In this document: positions 40,305 to 48,681 of the stretch, in pieces | Layout of the letters: each line of letters begins with the position of its first letter | Numbering within the stretch: the first letter of the stretch is position 1 | Assembly (NCBI GenBank): GCA_964483625.1 | Contig: CAZABB010000001.1 | Location: 3,222-67,221 of the forward strand | Origin: an uncultured Planctomycetia bacterium | GTDB taxonomy: Bacteria; Omnitrophota; Gorgyraeia; Duberdicusellales; 4484-171 | Direction of reading: 5' to 3' | Length of the DNA stretch: 64,000 nucleotides | Position numbers and translations under genes: made by a program | The notes under the pieces: model-generated | Databases searched by the model: none | What the model was told of the DNA's origin: nothing | Seen by the model: the letters and a program-made list of their open reading frames with translations, nothing else

Positions 40305-42164
40305 CTAAAACGATTCCGGCGGAATAACATCACCGTATTTTTCTTTTGCCTGCATCAGGCGGTCTTTTTGAGCCGAAAGCGTATCGAATAAGATATCAGG
40401 CACTTCGTTTAATTCCCGATAAATCTGTATGATTCTTTCTATCTTTGCCAGATTCTGCGGCACACGAATGCTGAACTGTTTGGTATATTCATCCTGGGTA
40501 TACTCTTTACTCAATACTTCTTGAAAAAGCTTCTTTATATCCTCATAGCGGGGAATTGCGCCTAACGGAGTCGTGATCCCTTCGGCTTCACCATGGACAC
40601 GCAAATCCATCCACTTGATCCATACGTGTTTATCCATCTTGGAATTCAGGAATTTCCCTCCCCCATCGCGCAGGAAATAATTCACGGTAAATATCTTCGG
40701 GGCCGGGTTCAGTTTTTTTCCGAAATCAAGATGCATCGAAATGTACCGGCCGATAGGGATCGCGAGAAAATCAAGATTGGAAAACGGATTGAATTTCCTC
40801 TGTCCTTCCCCTTTGAGCGTTGCAAAAGTGAGTTCTGATTCCAGAGATGCCCCGCAGGTAATCACCCCATGCGTCCAGTCGAAACTCTCAAGAACCGGCG
40901 GGCAGGTATCGGAATCCCGGCCGCCATAAATAATCCCCGCGACGTTCACGCCCCCGGCGTCATCTAACGCCGGATCACAATTACTGAGTGATTTTAAGGC
41001 TACCGTATACCGGGCATTCTTATGGGCATAGGAAATGTCTTTGCCGGCGGCGTCTTTTTTCCCGGAGTACCACTGGCCGCTGAAATTAACACCTTTCTCC
41101 GGCATCGGTAACCCGTCATTGAGCCACCGGATATCATTGTCGGAAGTAAGTAAGATATTTGATACGATGAGTTCGGGAGCATTTTTGATTGCGTCCCATA
41201 TCAACGGATCACTTTCTTTCGTTACATCCTGAATAATACCGAACATTCCCACCTCGGTATTGACCGCATAGGCTTTTCCATCCCGTAACCGCACATAGGC
41301 GATATCATCACCGATAATTTTCTCATCGGGCAGCATTGCCGTCGAGGTCTTGCCGCATCCGGAAGGGAACGCTCCAGTAAAATACGTCGTCCTCCCTCCC
41401 GGACCGGTTATCCCGGTAACAAACATATGCTCGGCCAGCCAGTCTTCGCCAGCGGCCTTTTTGATGGCAAGACGCAGAGCCAGCTTCTTCAAGCCCACGG
41501 TATTTCCGGCGTACTGAGTATTGGTACTGAAGACCGTGTTTTCAGCCAGATCGATGTAGACCCTTCGTTTATCAATGTTCTTACTTACCGCGTTCTCCAA
41601 TTCGCCGGCCGAGTGGATAAATTTAAAAAAGGCGTTCGGTTTCTGCTTCTTGAATAATTCATAGGCGCGGCGGTACAAAATCATCTCCGAATGCGCGACA
41701 TAGTATGAATCGGTAATCTGAAGAGCGGGAAGGGAAAATTGCGAATCAAGCGGCCCGAGACAGAAAAAACAGATGATCATCTCTTTGTCCTGCATGCTGT
41801 TACGCAAAAATTCCAGGACTTCTGCCTTGCCTTTTTCTTTATCGATACTGTTAATGTGTTTGCTTAAAAATTCGCCCGGTGAGAGCAGATATTTCGTCGC
41901 GGTTTTATCCCGGGCCTGATCGAAATATCCGTCAAAATGGATAGTACGCCCCTCTGCGTCCAGGGTGCGTTCTTCGCCCTTGACAACAGCCTGCCGGCGA
42001 ATATACAGGTTATCTTCGGCCGAATCGGTACAGACAAAAATACTTTTGGGATTACAGAGTGAAACGTAGGTACAAACCACCTCCAGAACGGCGGGGTTAT
42101 CCAACCTTTCCAGCTTGTGAAAACTGTCAGCAATACAAAGGGTTTTGATGGTTTCTATGGTCAT
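40305..42164 (-). CDS. pckG: Phosphoenolpyruvate carboxykinase (GTP)
   Basis: DQAR, QITDS.YV, YAGNTVGLKK.ALR, WLAEHM, GAFPSGCGKTS.AM, GDDIA, H.NARY, GGRD. Confidence 0.96.
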   Translation of the reverse strand: MTIETIKTLCIADSFHKLERLDNPAVLEVVCTYVSLCNPKSIFVCTDSAEDNLYIRRQAVVKGEERTLDAEGRTIHFDGYFDQARDKTATKYLLSPGEFLSKHINSIDKEKGKAEVLEFLRNSMQDKEMIICFFCLGPLDSQFSLPALQITDSYYVAHSEMILYRRAYELFKKQKPNAFFKFIHSAGELENAVSKNIDKRRVYIDLAENTVFSTNTQYAGNTVGLKKLALRLAIKKAAGEDWLAEHMFVTGITGPGGRTTYFTGAFPSGCGKTSTAMLPDEKIIGDDIAYVRLRDGKAYAVNTEVGMFGIIQDVTKESDPLIWDAIKNAPELIVSNILLTSDNDIRWLNDGLPMPEKGVNFSGQWYSGKKDAAGKDISYAHKNARYTVALKSLSNCDPALDDAGGVNVAGIIYGGRDSDTCPPVLESFDWTHGVITCGASLESELTFATLKGEGQRKFNPFSNLDFLAIPIGRYISMHLDFGKKLNPAPKIFTVNYFLRDGGGKFLNSKMDKHVWIKWMDLRVHGEAEGITTPLGAIPRYEDIKKLFQEVLSKEYTQDEYTKQFSIRVPQNLAKIERIIQIYRELNEVPDILFDTLSAQKDRLMQAKEKYGDVIPPESF

Positions 42165-42174
42165 CTCGTGAATT

Positions 42175-42202
42175 ATTATATGGGAAAAAGGTCTGATTGC
42201 AA
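42175..42202 (-). promoter_or_regulatory. Candidate sigma70 promoter for pckG-purC-... operon
   Basis: Minus strand TTGCAA-16 bp-TATAAT ending 10 nt upstream of pckG ATG; no SD. Confidence 0.55.
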
Positions 42203-42228
42203 GAAGAAATTAGAAGTGGGAAGAGAAA

Positions 42229-42312
42229 TGCGAGGGAGGGGATTTGAACCCCTACAGTATCGCTACCGCTAGCCCCTCAAGCTAGTGCGTCTGCCAGTTC
42301 CGCCACCCTCGC
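42229..42312 (-). tRNA. tRNA-Leu (GAG)
   Basis: GCGAGGGTGGCGGAACTGGCAGACGCACTAGCTTGAGGGGCTAGCGGTAGCGATACTGTAGGGGTTCAAATCCCCTCCCTCGCA: acceptor stem GCGAGGG/CCCTCGC, anticodon arm CTAGC-TTGAGGG-GCTAG, long variable arm, GTTCAAATC T-loop; CCA not encoded. Confidence 0.96.
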
Positions 42313-42562
42313 GTTACCTTCTCAGGTTACATGCTATTCTTATCAAAAAAACAAAACGTACTATTCTTTGCCTGTCCTATGCGGGAACAACGCTTGAAAA
42401 TATCGCTCTCGCGATCGTTGTTTCCGCCACCCTCGCGTTACCTTCTCAGGTTACATGCTATTCTTATCAAAAAAACAAAACGTACTATTCTTTGCCTGTC
42501 CTATGCGGGAACAACGCTTGAAAATATCGCTCTCGCGATCGTTGTTTCCGCCACCCTCGCGT
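42298..42562. repeat. 124-bp tandem repeat (2 full units + 17 bp) reiterating the tRNA-Leu 5' end, each unit with a long hairpin
   Basis: TTCCGCCACCCTCGCGT at 42298, 42422, 42546; units identical; hairpin GCGGGAACAACG...CGTTGTTTCCGC at 42381-42427 and 42505-42551. Confidence 0.93.
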
Positions 42563-42803
42563 GGGAGATAGCGCTGTCGCACTATCTCGTAACGCGTATT
42601 ACGTTATGCGTCCTGCGTAAAAATCTAAAAAGATAAAAATACTCTTTGCCCGGCGCGCAATACGCAATACGTATATTCATGAGACGCCCTCTGTGTCGCT
42701 GTCACTCCTGAAGAATTTCAAAGAAAAAATCTTTCACGTATGTCATGTGACTTTTATTTATACCATAATGTAGTACCGCGGACAAGTATAAGTTATCACG
42801 CAA

Positions 42804-44924
42804 TCATTTTCTCTGTAATTCCTTGATAAGCTGAAAAAACCGTTCTCCCGCCGGTTTTATCGCCCCATCTCCCCGCGTACAAAGCCCCAATTCATCGTCC
42901 CATCGTTCATCTTTATATATATTCCACAGCCTGGCCTGATGTGTCCATTGCCAGGGGATAAATCCTACGGCATCAGTGTCTAAAAATGATTGGAAATCTT
43001 TTTCCAGTTCCTTTGCTTGACGAACATCTTCCCGATAGCCGCAGCTGGCAGGATTCCAGACTTCCTGAAAGATATACGGCTTAGCGAGCTCCGGTGGTTT
43101 CTGAAAATCACCGGGGGAATCCGTATGAACGCAGACATAGTCAAGAATATCGGCAACATCTATACTTATATTGCCGCCGATGGTGATCGGATGCATGTCT
43201 CCGCTTTTTCTGAACTCATCTACCATACCTTGAGCCCAGTCCTTTAAAGAGGAAATATCCGCATCATCAAGACGTGGTTCATTCCATAAATCCCAGGTAA
43301 TTCCGGGCACACCTTTATATCGGTCGGCAATCAATCGTATAAATTGTTTCTGATATTCAATCTTATCCTGATCAAGCATCCGCTCACGTAACCCCAGCCA
43401 TCCGATGGGATCACCCATCTCCTGCGGCACCAGGGAAAAAAGATCAATACAGAAAATAAGTCTATACTTTTGCGCCAATTGAATAACAGCATCAAGAATC
43501 CGGAGCGAACGTTCCGAAGGTAAAACCGTCGTATCGGCATCGGCAAGATAGGCCGGAAGCTCCTCTTTGATGCGTGAGAAATAGTCACGAAACCATTTGG
43601 AATGATGATAATGAATACGGACATAATTCATCCCCCTCCGATGCATCATCGCAAAATCTTTTTGTATCTGTGAAACATCCGGCATCACCCACATCAATTC
43701 ACCCCGGCGGCTTTCATAGTAATTGACACCTAAGAAATAGGCATCTTCTCCGTCGATCATAATACCCGTATCGCCGACTTCTACCACCGGTCCATCGGAA
43801 AGAACCGCCTCATCAATAACGACAAACCCATTCTGCTGGCAATCATACACTCGATCCTGGTATTTCAGGCGGACTTCGACCCGGTAGAAATCGTCAGCGA
43901 AAGAGTCTGGCTTCCATTGTGTCCTTACTGATATTCCTTCCCTGGTATCAACTACCACAGGAATTATTTTACTCCAGGTAATCCGCTTTTTCTCATCAAT
44001 AATTTCTATTTCGATATCAGCCTCTCTTTTTGTTTCTGCCTGATTGAGTATCACGAAAGATATCTTTACTTCCTCACCCTGCCGGTACGCGGCAAAATTT
44101 GTCCTTACATCATGCAGAATAAGCGGAAAAGAAAGCCGGTCAATAAGTCGTGACATGTATCCGGTTGACGATGGGGCAGAAAGAAAAGGATGCTCATATC
44201 CTGTGGCGCCGATCAGACACCATTTCTTTGCCCGCCGGGAATTTATATTACCGTAAGGATTCTGCCAGGTTTTCACAAACGTAACCGCATCATCTGCTGG
44301 ATTATCAGTTAAAATAGAAAATGGATAGAAATCTCTCGCCGGTATACGGTAAGGGAACACATTCCCGTGAGTCGGCGTTACGGGACTGTATTTGAGACTT
44401 GTCGTTACATTGAGAATAACATCATCGGAAGCCTCCGGCTGGTAATATGTTATTCCCAGAGGAATAAGAAAATCCTCATAGGGATCACCGGTTTCAACTT
44501 TCTCCCAATGATCCCGGTTTCTGACGACCGGCTGCCAGAAGGGCCGGCCGCCGGTGTGAATCAACCCGCCACCGGCATACAGATAGCGGCAGATAGCATC
44601 AAATCCTTCAAGAGGAAATGTCTCTCCGTAGGGCAGCAAAAAGAAGTCAAATCTCTCTGTGTTAAAATATTTTTCATCCACTAACCGGGCGAAATTCACG
44701 TATTCGACCAAGCAGTGTTTGTCAAATAATCCATAGAGATACTGCGGACTCAAAGAAGGAGGTATCGCTTGAGACGGGAACCCTTCTTCTTTGAATATCG
44801 CAATGCGGATATCCCGCACGGCCGAAACTTTCTCTGCCTCCTGACGCGAAAAATGACAGCCGGCGAGAAAAATACCGACTGCGATCAGAAAACCTGTTGT
44901 GACTTTAAAAAAGTACCTGTCCAT
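42804..44924 (-). CDS. Lipoprotein clan GH-A glycoside hydrolase (GH5/GH42-like) with N-terminal accessory domains
   Basis: Lipobox FLAG-C; GVNYY, NYVRIH, WDLWNEP (acid/base), VCVH, FQE (nucleophile), PWQW. Confidence 0.8.
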   Translation of the reverse strand: MDRYFFKVTTGFLIAVGIFLAGCHFSRQEAEKVSAVRDIRIAIFKEEGFPSQAIPPSLSPQYLYGLFDKHCLVEYVNFARLVDEKYFNTERFDFFLLPYGETFPLEGFDAICRYLYAGGGLIHTGGRPFWQPVVRNRDHWEKVETGDPYEDFLIPLGITYYQPEASDDVILNVTTSLKYSPVTPTHGNVFPYRIPARDFYPFSILTDNPADDAVTFVKTWQNPYGNINSRRAKKWCLIGATGYEHPFLSAPSSTGYMSRLIDRLSFPLILHDVRTNFAAYRQGEEVKISFVILNQAETKREADIEIEIIDEKKRITWSKIIPVVVDTREGISVRTQWKPDSFADDFYRVEVRLKYQDRVYDCQQNGFVVIDEAVLSDGPVVEVGDTGIMIDGEDAYFLGVNYYESRRGELMWVMPDVSQIQKDFAMMHRRGMNYVRIHYHHSKWFRDYFSRIKEELPAYLADADTTVLPSERSLRILDAVIQLAQKYRLIFCIDLFSLVPQEMGDPIGWLGLRERMLDQDKIEYQKQFIRLIADRYKGVPGITWDLWNEPRLDDADISSLKDWAQGMVDEFRKSGDMHPITIGGNISIDVADILDYVCVHTDSPGDFQKPPELAKPYIFQEVWNPASCGYREDVRQAKELEKDFQSFLDTDAVGFIPWQWTHQARLWNIYKDERWDDELGLCTRGDGAIKPAGERFFQLIKELQRK

Positions 44925-44985
44925 GAGCGTTGAAAGTATCTTAACATCGTTACCGCCGATAATCAACGGGCTCAAACCGCCAGTC

Positions 44986-45014
44986 TTGACGAAGAGGAAA
45001 AATGAATGTATTCT
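44986..45014 (+). promoter_or_regulatory. Candidate sigma70 promoter for 45026-50342 operon
   Basis: TTGACG-17 bp-TATTCT, 11 nt upstream of ATG 45026. Confidence 0.5.
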
Positions 45015-45025
45015 TTAGGTACCAT

Positions 45026-45970
45026 ATGGAAAACCACCCGGCCAAACAAAAAATCGCGACCGTACAGATCGATGTTGACGGAGAATGGGTTATTTTTCAG
45101 CACTTTGGCTATGATGTCCATAATCCGGTAGACCGGATGTATGAATCATCCCTGCCGCGATTTCTTGATCTGTTCGACCAATACGGCATTAAAGCGACAT
45201 TGTTTGTGGTTGGCAGAGATTTGAAAATCCAACGCCGGGTACACCTTTTGAAAGAGGCCGTCGCCAGAGGACATGAGATTGCTAATCATACCATGAACCA
45301 TGCCGAAGGATTCTCCTGTCTGCCTCTTTCGAAAAAAAAAGCTGAAATATACGAGGCCGATACGATCATAAAAGATACCCTCGGTATCGCCCCCAAAGGA
45401 TTTCGCGCCCCTTCCAACGATGTGGATACCGAAACCCTGGGCATACTCCAGGATTTCGGCTATCAATACGATTCGTCCCTGATGGCAACCTACTGGGGTC
45501 CCTTGATACGATGGGTAAAATTTTTCTCACTGCGCACCGGTCGTAAAGACCATTATTTAGGAAGATTCTTTCATGGACGCGCGCCGCTTTTTCCCTACCA
45601 TCCCGATCCCGACTGCATCTTCAAGAAAGGCTCGATGGATATCATCGAGGTGCCGATTACAACCATGCCGTTTTTCCGCATCCCCTTCCATGTCAGTTTC
45701 ACCTTTGCCACCTACGCTTTGGGATTGGGATTAGCTCTGTTTAACACCGGCTACTCACTGCTGAAGCACACGTCTCTTCCGCTCAATCTGATATTTCACA
45801 CCAATGAGCTTGCCGATCCGTTCTCTGACAAACGGATCAGAAGACAATTGGGCCTGAACTTGCCGCTTAAAACCAAAGAAATGATCTGCCGCCATATTTT
45901 AGACCACATAACGAAAGATTTTATACTCCTGCCTACACGTGAATACGCCACCTCCCTTGACGTTCAATAG
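45026..45970 (+). CDS. Polysaccharide deacetylase family protein
   Basis: IDVD, KATLFVVG, GHEIANHTMNH, GFRAP, YDSS, EVPIT, IFH; start 45026 preferred over 45002. Confidence 0.9.
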   Translation: MENHPAKQKIATVQIDVDGEWVIFQHFGYDVHNPVDRMYESSLPRFLDLFDQYGIKATLFVVGRDLKIQRRVHLLKEAVARGHEIANHTMNHAEGFSCLPLSKKKAEIYEADTIIKDTLGIAPKGFRAPSNDVDTETLGILQDFGYQYDSSLMATYWGPLIRWVKFFSLRTGRKDHYLGRFFHGRAPLFPYHPDPDCIFKKGSMDIIEVPITTMPFFRIPFHVSFTFATYALGLGLALFNTGYSLLKHTSLPLNLIFHTNELADPFSDKRIRRQLGLNLPLKTKEMICRHILDHITKDFILLPTREYATSLDVQ

Positions 45971-45993
45971 GCGTATGATAGAATCAGTTTACC

Positions 45994-46701
45994 ATGCAAG
46001 ACAAAGAGGTTTCCCTTATGTTTTCCGGCGGTGTCGATTCAACGATCACCGCGATCACTCTTGCCGAACAATACCGTCACGTGCATCTTCTTACCTACGG
46101 GAATGCTCACGGCCATTACCATATGGAACGAAGCGCGAAAAGAGCAGAGGAACTGAATGCGAAATTCGGCAATAAGTTCACTCACCGGCTTATTCCTATC
46201 GAAGACCTTTTCCGGCAAATGGTATTAGATACCCTCGAAGAAGATTATAAAAAATACGGTTCGGGTTTCATCTGGTGTCTGGGATGTAAAATGACCATGC
46301 ATACCCGCAGTATTATGTATGACCTTACATATGGCATACAACATGCCTGCGACGGCTCGTCTCAGGATACCGATGAGATGGTCGAACAGATGGTCGTAAG
46401 CATTACGCTTATAAAACAGTTTTATGAAAAAAACGGCATCGATTTTTCCGTCCCCACCTACACACAGCCCCGCAGTGAGAAGAGAAAGATGCTTAAAGAA
46501 CTGAAATTCAACATGGGCATCCCGGTGGGTGATCGGTATATAGGTATCCAGCCCCGCTGCATTCCCGGAGAACTGTATTATCTACCCTACCTTATTTTTA
46601 ACAAAGCCCTGGGACACGATCGGAATAAAGTCATACAATTTATCGAAGAAAAACAGCAGATCGCCGAAAGGTATCTCAAGGAACATCTTAATCATGGGTA
46701 A
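45994..46701 (+). CDS. PP-loop (adenine nucleotide alpha-hydrolase-like, QueC-like fold) protein
   Basis: LMFSGGVDST, LLTY, WCLGCK, CDGS, QPRC. Confidence 0.75.
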   Translation: MQDKEVSLMFSGGVDSTITAITLAEQYRHVHLLTYGNAHGHYHMERSAKRAEELNAKFGNKFTHRLIPIEDLFRQMVLDTLEEDYKKYGSGFIWCLGCKMTMHTRSIMYDLTYGIQHACDGSSQDTDEMVEQMVVSITLIKQFYEKNGIDFSVPTYTQPRSEKRKMLKELKFNMGIPVGDRYIGIQPRCIPGELYYLPYLIFNKALGHDRNKVIQFIEEKQQIAERYLKEHLNHG

Positions 46702-48412
46702 ATGTTGCGACGGTAAAAACGCGTATAAACCGATATCGAAACTGCGTTACTGGGCCGGGATGCTATTTTTCTGCGTTCTTCATCTGCATTTCAGATGTAA
46801 AATGTTCCTGCGACATCTTCTGGTAAAGAAATACACTCATTATCCTGAACTTTCCCGGTTCCATGCGCGTTATTTCAAAGAAACCCTGCAGAGCGTCCTG
46901 AAAAAAGAAGGGCTCAACGTAAACACGTCGCTTTCATTCATGAAGGTATTATGGAAGGCATTCGTTGCGATTGTTTTCTGCGTCATATTCACTCTCTCCC
47001 TTTTTTATTTCAACGGGCCGGCAAAGGGATACTGGGATACCTACATTACCCTGCCGGCAATGTTTATGGCCGATGAGCCGGCTCAATTGACGACGAAAGA
47101 AGGAGAAATCCTCTATGAATACACGTTACCGGGTACCTTACCCGATAATTTAGTGGACAAAGAGACGTACGGGATCATCTCCAAAGACCAGCGTCTGGGG
47201 ACGGCGATCCTTTTTGCTCCGTGGTTTTCCCTTTTTCACCAATTCGGTTTTCGCCTGCTTTTTGCGATGATTGCCACGCTGACCGCCGGGCTTGTATTCC
47301 TTACCCAGAAGGAGGTCGGTTCCCGAAAATCGATAGCGCTGTTCATCGGTGCATCTTCTGTTCTCAATGCCTATGTCTTGTCTATCGAGACGCTCAATCC
47401 CAATATTGCCGGAATGCTTCTCATATCCCTGCTTCTTTACCTTATGGTAAGAAAAGATCCGCCCTGGTTTCTCGCGGGACTGCTGTACGGCGTTTTGGGA
47501 GGCACCCGCAATATTGCCATTCTCTTTACTCCGGCACTTTTGTTTGCGCTCATCGCGTGGTCGCCGCACAAGAAAAAAGACGGCCTGTTTTTCTTTCTGG
47601 GATCTCTTCTTGCTATCGCCCCCATACTTTACTGGAATCATTTTGCCTTCGGCAATCCATTGATACATCCTTCTCAATTTGCCGGGCTGGAAGGATTCCG
47701 TCCTACGTTTGAACACACGTTTCTTTTCTGGAAATTCGACTTTAACGGTATGTTTAATTTTCCTCTTTATCACGAAATTGTCCGGACTCCCTATTTTGCG
47801 TTCCCCACGTTCTTAACTCTTCCCCTTACCATCCTCAGCACGTTCGGCGTCATTCTTTCTGCCCTTATCGGCACCGGCATCATCTCTCTTTGGCGGAATC
47901 AACGACGACAATGCGTCTTCCTTCTCCTCTGGCTGATACCGATATATGCGATGCTGTCGATCCAGGAAAACTGGAGCGATATGAAGATGACGTTTCTTTT
48001 CCTGTGTTTCCCCTCCCTGCTCATTTTCATGGGATACGGCCTGGAGAGCTTATTCGTTACAAAGGACCTGAAAAGGAATATTTTTTCAACCATCACGTTG
48101 AGCATCATTCTTTTTTGCCTCGTCCGCGCGGCTTTTGCGCTTGAATGTCCCGTGGACGAGCGGTGGTACGTCCGTTTCCCCCGCGCGCGCGGTCAAGGAG
48201 ACATTTGCTATATTGGCGATGATCTGAGGACGGAAAAAGAAGATCCGCAAGAACTTCATGAACAAAAGAAGAGGTTAACGCAAGGGAATCTGCTTCCCCG
48301 AATATCTATTCCTGATATTGATCCGGAAGGAACAGGAGCGGTTATGCACCGGGAGATGCGACAAAGAAGAATAAGGGTCGTAGATTTCTGGAAATATATT
48401 TACGAAGAATAA
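46694..48412 (+). CDS. Multi-TM membrane protein, putative GT-C-like transferase
   Basis: About ten TM helices, WD in first external loop, PILYWNHFAFGNPL motif typical of GT-C; homologous to 55890-58121. Confidence 0.6.
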   Translation: MGKCCDGKNAYKPISKLRYWAGMLFFCVLHLHFRCKMFLRHLLVKKYTHYPELSRFHARYFKETLQSVLKKEGLNVNTSLSFMKVLWKAFVAIVFCVIFTLSLFYFNGPAKGYWDTYITLPAMFMADEPAQLTTKEGEILYEYTLPGTLPDNLVDKETYGIISKDQRLGTAILFAPWFSLFHQFGFRLLFAMIATLTAGLVFLTQKEVGSRKSIALFIGASSVLNAYVLSIETLNPNIAGMLLISLLLYLMVRKDPPWFLAGLLYGVLGGTRNIAILFTPALLFALIAWSPHKKKDGLFFFLGSLLAIAPILYWNHFAFGNPLIHPSQFAGLEGFRPTFEHTFLFWKFDFNGMFNFPLYHEIVRTPYFAFPTFLTLPLTILSTFGVILSALIGTGIISLWRNQRRQCVFLLLWLIPIYAMLSIQENWSDMKMTFLFLCFPSLLIFMGYGLESLFVTKDLKRNIFSTITLSIILFCLVRAAFALECPVDERWYVRFPRARGQGDICYIGDDLRTEKEDPQELHEQKKRLTQGNLLPRISIPDIDPEGTGAVMHREMRQRRIRVVDFWKYIYEE

Positions 48413-48681
48413 TGGACATGATTGTTTCTCTTTTTATCGCGATATACGCGTTCTTTCTTCCCGGCTACCTGGTCACAAAAACCAGTCGTATCGGCAATGG
48501 TCTGTTTACTACGATAATTCTCAGCATTGCCATAAGCATAACACTGATTCCTATTATCGCCTTCTCGCTCGCAATGATTTTTCATACGGTCATACATTAC
48601 GCAACAGTTACGATCGCGGCAACTCTCGTCAACCTGATCTGCATCGGCCACCGCTATCTTAAAAAGGTCAAAACACAATGA
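48412..48681 (+). CDS. Small 3-TM membrane protein
   Basis: FFLPGYL, ILSIAISI motifs; TAATG and ATGA translational coupling on both sides. Confidence 0.75.
   Translation: MDMIVSLFIAIYAFFLPGYLVTKTSRIGNGLFTTIILSIAISITLIPIIAFSLAMIFHTVIHYATVTIAATLVNLICIGHRYLKKVKTQ

Noticed and set aside
42298-42562. CRISPR array
   Set aside because: Sequences between the 17-bp motifs are identical 107-bp segments, not unique spacers; no cas genes
42229-42562. Integrated prophage/ICE at tRNA-Leu
   Set aside because: No integrase or mobile genes, and no distant copy of the tRNA end noticed in the window
42285-42636. ORFs 42285-42521 and 42331-42636
   Set aside because: Translations of the tandem repeat antisense to the tRNA; internally repeated peptide, no coding features
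45994-46701. queC
   Set aside because: PP-loop present but QueC-specific motifs and C-terminal zinc site missing; no queD/E/F nearby
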